Below, piece after piece: positions 26,963-36,264 of a DNA stretch of 64,000 nucleotides (the stretch's first letter is position 1; each line of letters begins with the position of its first letter). Below the pieces are notes generated by a model that did not search any database, was not told the DNA's origin, and saw only the letters and a program-made list of their open reading frames with translations. A program made the translations under genes and the position numbers. This DNA comes from a virus. Location of the stretch: the IMG/VR virus record IMGVR_UViG_3300045131_002463, positions 34,050 through 98,049 of that record, one strand, 5' to 3'.

Positions 26963-27954
26963 TGCTTATAACTACAGTAGGAGCATATTCGTCTAATAGT
27001 TATATTACTCTAGAAGAGGCGGAAGAAATTCTTTCAAATTTAGGTATGAGGACAGACGCTTGGTTGGCTCTTACGGCTGATTCCGCGTGTAGAACAACCG
27101 GAACTGTAGCAGGCCCTTTCATTATAATCCCAGGTGTAAATGATAGCTTACTTTTCTCAATAGTTGAGGGAGATGAAGACGATCAGTTAGTAACTTTTGT
27201 TGGCGGCGGGGAGAGTGAAGATGAGTCAGTTACTTTAACGGCTACTCAGGTTTGTGTAATAATAAACGCACAAACAGAAGGTTTTACTGCTACTCCTACA
27301 ATAGATAATAAGATAAAGTTAAGCGTAGTTACTCCATCGTGTACTTTATACATTAAAGATGTACAGAAGTCGTTAAACTCAACCTTTGGTTTTGTGTCTG
27401 GTTACTACCCTGATATAGTTTCTTATAAAAAAGAATATATGTTAAAAGTGGCTGCTATGTTAATGGGCATGCTTCCTCTTTCTGGTAGACGTATTTATCA
27501 ACAGCAAACTCTAGACTTCCCTAGAACTAGTGTTGTAGATTATAATATAATACCACCAGAAGTAAAAGAAGCGCAGGCTTTGATAGCATGTTTAGTTGTT
27601 CAGCCTAACCTAGATAAACAAACAGATATATCTGATAGCTTTTATATACCTATTGGTATGCAAAATACTGTAGTAGACAGTGTACAGGTAGCTGGTATAA
27701 TGACTGTTAAGTCTTCAGCGTCTACTAGTGTAGATGTAAATATTACAAGTAGAACACTTTTAGAATCAGTATCTGGTGTTTTTATGCTTCCAGTATATAT
27801 GAGACTTAAACCGTATCTAACTCAAATTGGACGTGTAGGGGCGCTCATAGCACCAGAAGACTATCAAGAGTTATTGCTTCCCCCTGTTGAAGAAATTGAT
27901 TTATCCGAGCTTGATCTTGAGATAGATCTTGATGGTGGGGATTTTACTCCATGA
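26962..27954 (+). CDS. head-tail adaptor with inserted domain
   Basis: NSYITLEEA ... QTLDFPR ... IPPEVKEAQ adaptor motif split by an ~110-aa insertion. Confidence 0.65.
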   Translation: MLITTVGAYSSNSYITLEEAEEILSNLGMRTDAWLALTADSACRTTGTVAGPFIIIPGVNDSLLFSIVEGDEDDQLVTFVGGGESEDESVTLTATQVCVIINAQTEGFTATPTIDNKIKLSVVTPSCTLYIKDVQKSLNSTFGFVSGYYPDIVSYKKEYMLKVAAMLMGMLPLSGRRIYQQQTLDFPRTSVVDYNIIPPEVKEAQALIACLVVQPNLDKQTDISDSFYIPIGMQNTVVDSVQVAGIMTVKSSASTSVDVNITSRTLLESVSGVFMLPVYMRLKPYLTQIGRVGALIAPEDYQELLLPPVEEIDLSELDLEIDLDGGDFTP

Positions 27955-28412
27955 GTAATTTAATGGGACTTCAAGCTAAATATATACTTGAGTCTACATT
28001 TGATGCTGTAGCTAATAAGACTATATCGTGCATTACAGACACTACGGTTATAAATTACAAAGCTATAGTTCATGATGAAATAGTTAGAGCAAGAAGAGAG
28101 CATTTAGAAATAGATAACGATGCCGGTATCTTAAATCAAAACTCAAAGAGAGTTATCTTACTTACAAGAGATATATTGGCTTCGGGTTTAGAGGCTTTAG
28201 ATTCTTCTTGGTATTTTTTGATAGCAAATAAGAGGTATGATTTCTCTGTTAATGAACCGTTTTGTGATGTAGATACTACTCCATTTGCGGACGCTGATCA
28301 GATTTTTTCAGTATTTTATGTAAGAAGAGCGGAAGAACTAGAATCACAAATATCCCCAGTACCGGGCGGAACTGGAGAGTTTTCTTTTGACTCTTGGGCA
28401 CTTTCTAAATAA
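27951..28412 (+). CDS. putative head-closure protein
   Basis: Synteny. Confidence 0.45.
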   Translation: MSNLMGLQAKYILESTFDAVANKTISCITDTTVINYKAIVHDEIVRARREHLEIDNDAGILNQNSKRVILLTRDILASGLEALDSSWYFLIANKRYDFSVNEPFCDVDTTPFADADQIFSVFYVRRAEELESQISPVPGGTGEFSFDSWALSK

Positions 28413-28414
28413 AA

Positions 28415-28813
28415 ATGGCTTCCTTTTTTTCAGGAAAATTAGGACTATTGTTTCATAGAAATATGCTAGAAGCTATGGACGTCTATGGAGAAAGGTTATC
28501 AAAAGATTTTCAGGCAGAAACAGGAATACCAGTAATATCTAGTTTTGCAAATAGATCTATGGGTGGAATGAGATTAAGATTTAAGCCCGGTATTAGTAAA
28601 GAAGGTATACCTGAGGATTTTAAAGCTAAAATAGGAAGTTTTTTAAAGAAAAAAAAAGATTATCTTAAAGTTTATATAGGAGCAGCTATGAAGTGTACCT
28701 TAAATGATACAGATATAAAATCTGCTCTTCGTGCAATAGATCCAGAAAAAGCAGAATCAACCCAGTGGATAGGTGCCTCACTTAAGGTAGATGTAAAGGA
28801 AAAAAAGATTTAA
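28415..28813 (+). CDS. putative neck protein
   Basis: Synteny. Confidence 0.4.
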   Translation: MASFFSGKLGLLFHRNMLEAMDVYGERLSKDFQAETGIPVISSFANRSMGGMRLRFKPGISKEGIPEDFKAKIGSFLKKKKDYLKVYIGAAMKCTLNDTDIKSALRAIDPEKAESTQWIGASLKVDVKEKKI

Positions 28814-29431
28814 GTGTCTAATAATATAATTCCAGACGTAGATGAGTTTATAGTAAATAGATTAAGGCTTATAGCTATTGATGGGGTTACTTTACCAGTA
28901 CTTCCTTATGAACCAGCAAGAGAAAGAGATAATAATGAGTACCCGTTTGCTAGTGTATCAAGGGTAGGTTTTGAAGAGGATAAAGTAAGACGTAGATATG
29001 GCATAGAAACTTTAGTACCAAAGACTACAAAGAAAACTATACAATTAGCTAATGGTAATGTTAGAGTGGTACCGACTGGGTATGATGTTAAACAATATCC
29101 AGGGGTTTACATATTAAGGTATATAATAGATACAGAAGCGGTTATAAAAGAGCATGCAGATACGCTTATTGTGATGATGGATCAGGCTTTTCCTTTTGGT
29201 TTTGAGCCTAATATATCAGGACAGTATTTGCTCTTTGATTTTACAACGCCCATAAATAAGGATGTACTCCATAGACCATTATTTAAAGTATCATATCTTT
29301 TTGATGTCTATGGTGTTCATATAGAGAAGCTAGAATCGTACACAGTAGCGCCCATGTCTGAGCTACTATTTGATAAAGAAATTGATAATACTCCCACTCA
29401 AATGGGCTTGTGGGAACGTCCAGCTGAATAA
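28814..29431 (+). CDS. putative tail terminator
   Basis: Synteny, YPFASV motif. Confidence 0.45.
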   Translation: MSNNIIPDVDEFIVNRLRLIAIDGVTLPVLPYEPARERDNNEYPFASVSRVGFEEDKVRRRYGIETLVPKTTKKTIQLANGNVRVVPTGYDVKQYPGVYILRYIIDTEAVIKEHADTLIVMMDQAFPFGFEPNISGQYLLFDFTTPINKDVLHRPLFKVSYLFDVYGVHIEKLESYTVAPMSELLFDKEIDNTPTQMGLWERPAE

Positions 29432-29433
29432 AA

Positions 29434-29451
29434 TTTGCAATTGATTGCAAA
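29434..29451. promoter_or_regulatory. palindromic site copy 5
   Basis: TTTGCAATTGATTGCAAA. Confidence 0.65.
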
Positions 29452-29482
29452 TAGCAATATAAAAATTTGGAGGCAAAAATAA

Positions 29483-29692
29483 ATGGCCGAAAGACTCGTA
29501 AAAGTAGTGAATAATACAAACGCTGATTTAGAGATACAGCTACATAGTGGTACTTCTCTGAGTATGACTCAGTTTAGACAAGGTAAAACAACGCATATGT
29601 CTAAAGTTGTAGATTTTTCAGATCTTCCTGATAGTGTTACTAAGAAGAATGGTATGTTAGCTAGAAAAATGGTAAGTGTAGTAGATGTGTAA
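29483..29692 (+). CDS. small hypothetical tail protein
   Basis: GGAGG RBS, precedes sheath. Confidence 0.55.
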   Translation: MAERLVKVVNNTNADLEIQLHSGTSLSMTQFRQGKTTHMSKVVDFSDLPDSVTKKNGMLARKMVSVVDV

Positions 29693-29794
29693 AAATATAT
29701 TAAAGTAATTACCTACATACTTAATACTAAACATATTAATTGATATCTTTTAAGTATGTAGCCCGACTTATAATTAGTATTGGAGGTTAGTAAT

Positions 29795-32389
29795 ATGACG
29801 CTTGGCGCAGCCAGAGTAATATGGAGAATAAACGATCTTAGCCTATTTGTAGATGAAGTGGTTCGCGGGTATGTAACCATGGTCATCAAGGCAGAGCGTG
29901 GAGAGATGGGAAAAGCCCGTATCATCTCTACCATGGAGGAATACAGAAGACGATATGGAAAGAAAGTATCGTGGACGACTGATCCACTGGTAGTTGAAAT
30001 GGCGCTGAGACAAGGCGCTAGACTTAATCTTATTAGAACTGCTCATTATATGGATCCTGCAGATCCTACTACAATAACTGCAACAAAATCTGAATTGACT
30101 CTTTATGATAGGGGAGACACTGCTAACGTAGCTGTTATAGAAAGTGAAGTGGGTCCTTTTGGATTTACTCAGAAATTATCAGGCAGATTCCTGGGAACAG
30201 AAGTAGGACCTTTTACTTTTGAAACAGGTGTTTCTGATAAACTTTCTTTTACAGTTAATGGTGGTACAGCGCAGGAGTTAACCCTTACTGGTACTCTTAC
30301 TACGCAGGCAGTTGCAGATTATATTAATGCACATACAACTGGTATGACAGCTATGGCTGTATATGATGAAGGTAGTGGTCTATACGTACTTAAAGTTTTT
30401 GCTAACACTATTACTCATTCCTTAGGTGTAATTACTATTACGCATTCGGCTTATGAGCTTTTGGGCCTTCCTCTTACTACTACCACTGCTACGGCAGAAA
30501 CAGGAACAGATAATGTAATTCTTACAGTAGATGGTGGGTCTCAGCAATCTCTAACGCTTCTTCCTATTGCTGGAGAAGAAGGGGAATTTACTCTTACTAC
30601 GGGCCAAGTGGTTCAAAGAATGCAAGCCTTTGAGGACGTAGTAGTATACGCAAATGACAACAAAGTAAGAATAGAGACACTGTCTTCTGGAGCAGAAGCC
30701 ACTCTCCAGTTTGTAACTAGTACAGGACTAACTGTTCTTGGTTTCGATACCGACGAAGTAGCTGGTACTGAAGAAGGATCAGTTCAGCCTACTCTTAAAA
30801 TTATCGCTCTTAATGAGGGTGATTGGGGAGACGATCTTAAAGTTATAGTTACAAATTCTCTCTTGCACGAAGATCTATATTTTAACCTTAGAATTATAAA
30901 TGATAGACAAGGCGATATGGAAGAATACTATGCCGATATGTCTATGGATTCTGATAGTGAACGCTATGTAGTGAATTTTCTTGCAGATCAATCCTTTCTA
31001 GTAGAGGTAGTGGATCTACATTCACCTACTGCCGATCCTCTTAATATGCCAGCTACAAATAGCACAGGCAGTTATCTACATGGCGGATCGAATGGTATAG
31101 ACCAGCAGGGCGGTTATTTTGTAGGGAGTGAACTAGGGCCTTTTACCTTCGTTACTGGCACTGATGATAAGATGTCACTTCAGGTTGGATCAGACGTAGC
31201 TATGGATATAACTCTTTCAGGGTCTGCTAAAACTCTTGCAGAAGTAGTTATCCAACTTAATGATGCTCTTACAGGAGCAACTGCAACAGCATACAACAAT
31301 AGACTTAGAATTGAGGCTAATGATGTAGCAGATAATTTGCATCTTCTTGCTGTTGATAAAGACTGTTATACAGTTCTTGGGCTTACTGCTGACACTTATC
31401 TAGCTAATGATGGATTCGATGATGCAGACTGGATAGGAGACGCAGCCGCGCAGACTGGTATTTACGCTGCAGATATGACGTATATGTCAATGGACCTTAT
31501 GGTTCCTGGAACAATATCAGCCACAGTGTATAATGCTATGATTACCTATTGTGAGAATCGTGGTGATATGATGAGTTATGGTGCAACGCCTCCAGGTAAT
31601 GATCCTGAGGATACAGTTGCATGGAGAATGGGAACTGGTAATTATACGCACCCGGCATTCAATAGTCACAGATTTTCTATGTGGTTCGGTAGACCATTGG
31701 TTTTCGATGATAGAGATTCTGCTAAAAGATATATCCCTAATCTAGGACATTTGGCTGCTTGTCTTTGTCGTACAGACAATGATTATGGATCACATTATGC
31801 TCCAGTAGGCCCGAGAAGAGGCGCTGTTCAGCTAGTTGAAGGCATTGACTTTAATATTCAGGACTACAGATCTACTGGTTATGCAGATCTTTTTGCTGAA
31901 TATGGCATTAACTATTTGATGATATCAAAGATGCCTGGAATAGAAGGCGCAATGTTCTGGGAACAAAGGACCTCACAAAGAGCTCCTTCTGCTACTCGTG
32001 AACTAAACGTTATGAGGTTTATCACTGTAGTAAATAGAACTCTTATGCCTATATTAAGAACGTTCCTATTTGAACCTAACCATCCAGTTACGTGGAGGGA
32101 AATTCATAGGGTACTACAACCTGCATTTGATAGCTGGAAAAACAAATATGCCATCTATGACTACTGCCTACAGACAGATCGCGATGCTTTCTTCGATGGC
32201 GGAGAATTAAAGAATGCTGTTCTCAACAGCGGACTAGACATTGATCGCGGCTTGTATAGGTGTCGTGCGTTGATTCAGCCTACTAGGGCTATATACTACT
32301 TGGAGTTCGAGCTCGGTGTGATGCGGACGGGCGAGAGCTTTGAGAACTATAAGTCAATGAAATATCTTCCAGGTTGGATAAGATCATAA
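29795..32389 (+). CDS. contractile tail sheath protein
   Basis: ALNEGDWG, TGIYA, YCENRGD, ELNVMR, FLFEPN, IQPTRAIYYL; start at MTLG behind GGAGG. Confidence 0.88.
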   Translation: MTLGAARVIWRINDLSLFVDEVVRGYVTMVIKAERGEMGKARIISTMEEYRRRYGKKVSWTTDPLVVEMALRQGARLNLIRTAHYMDPADPTTITATKSELTLYDRGDTANVAVIESEVGPFGFTQKLSGRFLGTEVGPFTFETGVSDKLSFTVNGGTAQELTLTGTLTTQAVADYINAHTTGMTAMAVYDEGSGLYVLKVFANTITHSLGVITITHSAYELLGLPLTTTTATAETGTDNVILTVDGGSQQSLTLLPIAGEEGEFTLTTGQVVQRMQAFEDVVVYANDNKVRIETLSSGAEATLQFVTSTGLTVLGFDTDEVAGTEEGSVQPTLKIIALNEGDWGDDLKVIVTNSLLHEDLYFNLRIINDRQGDMEEYYADMSMDSDSERYVVNFLADQSFLVEVVDLHSPTADPLNMPATNSTGSYLHGGSNGIDQQGGYFVGSELGPFTFVTGTDDKMSLQVGSDVAMDITLSGSAKTLAEVVIQLNDALTGATATAYNNRLRIEANDVADNLHLLAVDKDCYTVLGLTADTYLANDGFDDADWIGDAAAQTGIYAADMTYMSMDLMVPGTISATVYNAMITYCENRGDMMSYGATPPGNDPEDTVAWRMGTGNYTHPAFNSHRFSMWFGRPLVFDDRDSAKRYIPNLGHLAACLCRTDNDYGSHYAPVGPRRGAVQLVEGIDFNIQDYRSTGYADLFAEYGINYLMISKMPGIEGAMFWEQRTSQRAPSATRELNVMRFITVVNRTLMPILRTFLFEPNHPVTWREIHRVLQPAFDSWKNKYAIYDYCLQTDRDAFFDGGELKNAVLNSGLDIDRGLYRCRALIQPTRAIYYLEFELGVMRTGESFENYKSMKYLPGWIRS

Positions 32390-32420
32390 CATTTCAATAG
32401 TTTAGACTATCCTCGTCCAC

Positions 32421-32461
32421 GGGCTTTCACTTTTTTATAAAAGGTGAGAGCCTTTTTTTTT
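32421..32461 (+). terminator. intrinsic terminator after sheath
   Basis: GGGCTTTCACTTTT/AAAGGTGAGAGCC + T-run. Confidence 0.75.
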
Positions 32462-32479
32462 ATTTTTCGAATTATTTAC

Positions 32480-32508
32480 TTGACAAGCTTATTTTTTTGT
32501 GGTATATT
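32480..32508 (+). promoter_or_regulatory. sigma70 promoter of accessory island
   Basis: TTGACA-AGCTTATTTTTTTGTGG-TATATT. Confidence 0.75.
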
Positions 32509-32514
32509 AAAACC

Positions 32515-32600
32515 ATGCTGCTCACAAAGCAGCTGGCCCCCAAACCCCCCTCGGGGCCGAGAGGTGTAGCTGTTCCGCCTCTTCAAATAATAGAACAGCA
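32515..32600 (+). ncRNA. structured leader/ncRNA with H-type pseudoknot
   Basis: GCUGCU/AGCAGC and GGCCCC/GGGGCC hairpins, then S1 GAGAGGUG/CGCCUCUU and S2 GCUGUUC/GAACAGC. Confidence 0.5.
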
Positions 32601-32621
32601 CTCTTTTTAGAAGGGAACTGT

Positions 32622-33263
32622 ATGGAAAAAATTCCAATTACGGATGTAGATGATGATCTTATAAAGAATAATTCTAAACAGCTTAGAGCTGTATTAGAGG
32701 ATAGGCTTCTTACTTACTGGATTAATAAAGAATTATTTCAGGAAGATACTCTCATTATATCTGGTATTACTGGTATAGGGCCAAAAGAAGAGGGAGGGTC
32801 TCCTCAGCTGGTTATTAATTATCATGTGCTTTGTCATGAAGAGGACGGAGTTCATCGTTTTCTTTATTATACTACAGAGCACTCTCTTCATAGAAGTATA
32901 TTAGCTAGGATTGATAAACAGCCTGATGATTATGATCCTAAAGAAGATGACATGCAGAATGAGTTCACTAACGGGAATATTGGTGAAGGAGAAGGGCGAA
33001 ATTTTTCGCGCCATGAATTGAACGGTCCTGTTTTCTATGATGAGGTAGAATTTCAACCTATAGAAGTAATAGAGGATTGGTTTCTTAATTACAGAGTAGG
33101 GACTGCGGTAGAGGCGCTCTTTAAATATAATTATCTTGAAGATATTTCATATTTAGAACAAGCTATATGGATTCTACTTAGAGAACGAGAAAGTGCTATT
33201 CCAGGAAACTCAACACCAGCCTTTAGTCAATCAGAAGGAATTGGGAGTGAAGATTGTAGTTGA
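32622..33263 (+). CDS. hypothetical protein with degenerate DUF3310-like C-terminal domain
   Basis: NGPVFY..FQPIEVIEDW..YRVGTAV..LEQAIWIL. Confidence 0.5.
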   Translation: MEKIPITDVDDDLIKNNSKQLRAVLEDRLLTYWINKELFQEDTLIISGITGIGPKEEGGSPQLVINYHVLCHEEDGVHRFLYYTTEHSLHRSILARIDKQPDDYDPKEDDMQNEFTNGNIGEGEGRNFSRHELNGPVFYDEVEFQPIEVIEDWFLNYRVGTAVEALFKYNYLEDISYLEQAIWILLRERESAIPGNSTPAFSQSEGIGSEDCS

Positions 33264-33546
33264 TAAGAAAACTTTAGAAGATGTAGCACAGATGCTTATT
33301 AAATATGGAAGCGTTACAGATTCCTTGAGTAATCTTAAATCTTGCGGGGAGGGATTACAGGAGATTCTAGAGAGTGCCCTGGATTTTAATTCTGTACTGC
33401 TTACTGATTTTCTTGAAGTACAAGGAATGAAGCAAGCTATGCTAGAAATATTGGACATGCTTGTGTTTTACAATAATACCCCTACGATTATAGCAGCTAA
33501 GGCAGATGGATTAAGAGAAACTTTAATGAAGGAGAATAGAGAATGA
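33247..33546 (+). CDS. hypothetical protein
   Basis: Helical ORF; start uncertain (GTG). Confidence 0.5.
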   Translation: MKIVVDKKTLEDVAQMLIKYGSVTDSLSNLKSCGEGLQEILESALDFNSVLLTDFLEVQGMKQAMLEILDMLVFYNNTPTIIAAKADGLRETLMKENRE

Positions 33547-33968
33547 GAAAGATTTTAGTGTTAGTAGTGTCCTTATTGATGTTTACCGTTTCATACGCGC
33601 AGGTGAAACCTCAAGGTGAAACTTTGAATTTTCCCGCTTTTAAATTTCCTAATAATTCCGCGTATCAAAGTAAGATTAGACGCGCGCAGGAACCTGAGAA
33701 GAAGGTATCAGTTAACAGGCTTCCTCAGCAGCGAGATTTCGCGCCTAGAAAACAAATAAGAAAAACGTATAGACCTCAGCAGGTTTATTACTATCAGAAT
33801 TATTCACAGCCTGTGTATGACCCTTGTTCTTACAGCTACTGTCAGCAGCAATACCCATGGGTTAGTACTCCTCAACGTCAACTTCCTATATGCGTTTCTG
33901 CTGTGCAGCGAGTGTGCGTTTTTCCTTTCGATGTGCTCTCGCTGCTATTCGGGGGAGGAGACTGGTAA
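33543..33968 (+). CDS. secreted/membrane hypothetical protein
   Basis: Signal peptide MRKILVLVVSLLMFTVSYA. Confidence 0.6.
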   Translation: MRKILVLVVSLLMFTVSYAQVKPQGETLNFPAFKFPNNSAYQSKIRRAQEPEKKVSVNRLPQQRDFAPRKQIRKTYRPQQVYYYQNYSQPVYDPCSYSYCQQQYPWVSTPQRQLPICVSAVQRVCVFPFDVLSLLFGGGDW

Positions 33969-34031
33969 TTAATTGCACCTAATTATCAAGTGTTACTTCA
34001 AGAAAAAAATGCAACCTTTTGATCTTTTTAC

Positions 34032-34060
34032 TTGACATAGCTTATAGAGGGAAGTATACT
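34032..34060 (+). promoter_or_regulatory. sigma70 promoter
   Basis: TTGACA-N17-TATACT. Confidence 0.75.
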
Positions 34061-34065
34061 GTATT

Positions 34066-34139
34066 TACCTTCCCTAGAAGGTTCATTTTTTTTTCTCCTT
34101 TCCTCGAAAAGGCTGCTGGGTTCTCCATCAGCCTTTTTT
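34066..34139 (+). ncRNA. candidate small RNA/attenuator with anti-SD/anti-AUG tract
   Basis: Between promoter and AAAAGGCUG/CAGCCUUUUUU terminator; contains CAU-U8-CUCCUUUCC. Confidence 0.45.
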
Positions 34140-34165
34140 GTTAATAATAATCCCAAGGAGGATTT

Positions 34166-34549
34166 ATGGGACTCTTTAATTTTTTTAGTATGAATAGTAG
34201 TCAGCAGTCAATGCAGGCGGAGATGAATCAGAATATGTTGAGTGCTCTTCAGGATCAACTATCAAAAACTACTTGACCTACAGCGCGCAATCAGTTGATT
34301 GCTCAAATAAACAACCTACAACAGCAGATGGCACAGAAGCCCCCTCAGGCGCAACCTCAGCCCCAAGTAGTAAATACTGCTCCTGTACAGGCATCAATTG
34401 CTCAGACACAGCCACAGGCATTTCAGACCCCTCCTGGTGGATTGTCCCAGCAACAGAAGATGACTCTGGATGATATGGCTAATGAAATAACTTCTATTAG
34501 AATTGCTTTGAGTAGTATGGAATTAGCTATTAAAAAATTGAAGCAATAA
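34166..34549 (+). pseudogene. Q-rich ORF interrupted by in-frame TGA (pseudogene or readthrough)
   Basis: AAGGAGG-ATG at 34166, TGA at 34274-34276, same frame continues to TAA at 34549. Confidence 0.55.
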
Positions 34550-34574
34550 TTTAATAAGGGAAAGAGAAATTAAA

Positions 34575-34997
34575 ATGGAGAGAATGGATTTTTATATTTA
34601 TGGCACAGGATCTACGCAGGGATTTGATGTCAATGGAACATGTGAATACTTTGATATTGATAGTGAGATGCGCGCCATAAGAAAGGAGTGGAAGCGTAAT
34701 GAAGTGGTATCTATGTTCGCTCTTACTCCCGGTCGTAAAAAAATACCTAAAGACCTTATAAAATATTTTGAAGAAAAGCCCGAGCATTCAGGTAATCTCA
34801 CTTTGCGTAAAATGCAATTTGAAGGAAACCCAATCTTCCCGGAAGATAATGTGGGCTTAAGGTATAATATTTCATTAGGTGAGTATATGTTTACTAAAAG
34901 TATGATGATTAGAATGCACTTATACAGTGAAGATGGGCAGGATTATATTGATATGGAATTTGCTCTTTCTTACGTCACATGGCGCGATAAAAAATAA
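34575..34997 (+). CDS. hypothetical protein
   Basis: 140-aa ORF in island. Confidence 0.6.
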   Translation: MERMDFYIYGTGSTQGFDVNGTCEYFDIDSEMRAIRKEWKRNEVVSMFALTPGRKKIPKDLIKYFEEKPEHSGNLTLRKMQFEGNPIFPEDNVGLRYNISLGEYMFTKSMMIRMHLYSEDGQDYIDMEFALSYVTWRDKK

Positions 34998-35015
34998 TTT
35001 GCAATCAATTGCAAA
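34998..35015. promoter_or_regulatory. palindromic site copy 6
   Basis: TTTGCAATCAATTGCAAA, 7 bp upstream of -35. Confidence 0.65.
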
Positions 35016-35022
35016 AAAAAGC

Positions 35023-35051
35023 TTGACTTTTATCTAAAGCTGTGGTAGACT
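35023..35051 (+). promoter_or_regulatory. sigma70 promoter of ncRNA cassette
   Basis: TTGACT-N17-TAGACT with TGTGG. Confidence 0.72.
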
Positions 35052-35056
35052 AGGTT

Positions 35057-35340
35057 TAAATTAGTTCACTGGGTAAAGGCTGCGCTCATAACTAATTCTT
35101 CTATAGCATAAAATCTCCTTCGACTATTAACCCAGCAGCCATTCCTTTGAAATTACAGTTTGGCTATTGCTTGGCTAGAATCTTATGTATTTCATGTTGA
35201 AACTCCTTTTTTATTAATATAAAAAAAGCAGTAGCCACTTTATTCGACTTAGACGACCAAATTTCGCAAATATTTCATTTAACAAAAAGGAAATCCTTGG
35301 TCGTCGAGGAGAGCGCGCTTAAAACCCGCGCTCTTTTTTT
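35057..35340 (+). ncRNA. candidate multi-stem-loop antisense sRNA cassette
   Basis: No long ORF; three stem-enclosed loops with CAU/CUCCUU motifs; ends in terminator. Confidence 0.55.
35310..35340 (+). terminator. intrinsic terminator
   Basis: AGAGCGCG/CGCGCTCT + T-run. Confidence 0.8.
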
Positions 35341-35560
35341 ATTTTATTTCCTAACTCTTCCAATAATTTCCTACCAAAAATCTAATCAATACAAACAATT
35401 AGCTTGCATTAAATAAACATATACATTTATAATATGTAATAATTATTGTTGGCGGAATTTTTACATCTCCGTCTAGATTTAAATTGTTAATTTAATTAGT
35501 AAATTAGTTTTTCATTGGAGAAGTGCACACTCCAAAATAATTGATAGGAGGTAGGAATAT

Positions 35561-36040
35561 ATGCCTACGACAGCTTGTGCGATACCGCGGTTAAAAGATT
35601 TTAAATATCGTGTTGAAATTAATGGACTCGAGGCAGCTCTTGTACAAGAGTTTGAGCCTGGAACAAGAACGCATGGGGTTACCGTTCATAATGGCGCGGG
35701 CCAGAACCACGTATGTAAGGAAGTCGGAATGATCGGTTTCTCTAACTGCGTTCTAAGGACTGTTGTTCCTGTAGATGGTGAAATGCGTAACTACTGGGAA
35801 TTCTGGTTGGACCAAGCGCAGGATCCTACTACTGGTAACGGTGGAATGCCTGCCAAATATCAGAGGAACTTCAGCGTGTTCGAGCTAGCTCCTGACGGGT
35901 CACCTTCAAGAGTTTATGAATATTTTAAAGGGTTTCCTGTATCCTTCAAAGTCAACGCCAAGTCTTCTTTGGACGACAGTACCGATGTTTTAGAATTCGT
36001 TGAGATAGCTTACAATCGTCGTGAAATAAGAGTACTGTAA
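35561..36040 (+). CDS. tail tube protein (T4 gp19-like)
   Basis: FKYRVEING, FSNCVLR, YQRNFSV, YKGFPV-like; size and synteny. Confidence 0.8.
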   Translation: MPTTACAIPRLKDFKYRVEINGLEAALVQEFEPGTRTHGVTVHNGAGQNHVCKEVGMIGFSNCVLRTVVPVDGEMRNYWEFWLDQAQDPTTGNGGMPAKYQRNFSVFELAPDGSPSRVYEYFKGFPVSFKVNAKSSLDDSTDVLEFVEIAYNRREIRVL

Positions 36041-36083
36041 GGCTAAAATAAATAACGTCCGAGCAAAAAAAGCTTGACATAAG

Positions 36084-36101
36084 TTTGCAATTGATTGCAA
36101 A
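36084..36101. promoter_or_regulatory. palindromic site copy 7
   Basis: TTTGCAATTGATTGCAAA directly after a TTGACA. Confidence 0.65.
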
Positions 36102-36104
36102 TCC

Positions 36105-36136
36105 AGAGCGCTCCTAAATGGGCGCTCTTTCTTTTT
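36105..36136 (+). terminator. intrinsic terminator after tube
   Basis: AGAGCGCTC/GGGCGCTCT + T-rich tail. Confidence 0.7.
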
Positions 36137-36264
36137 GTTTTCATGTCGCACATGCATTTCATGTATCATCTCAACATTTTAGATGACATTCTATTTTTTT
36201 TACTTTACAATATAGTCTATCTCTGACGAGATATTCTAATTAAATTGTGGAGTAATTAAATCTA

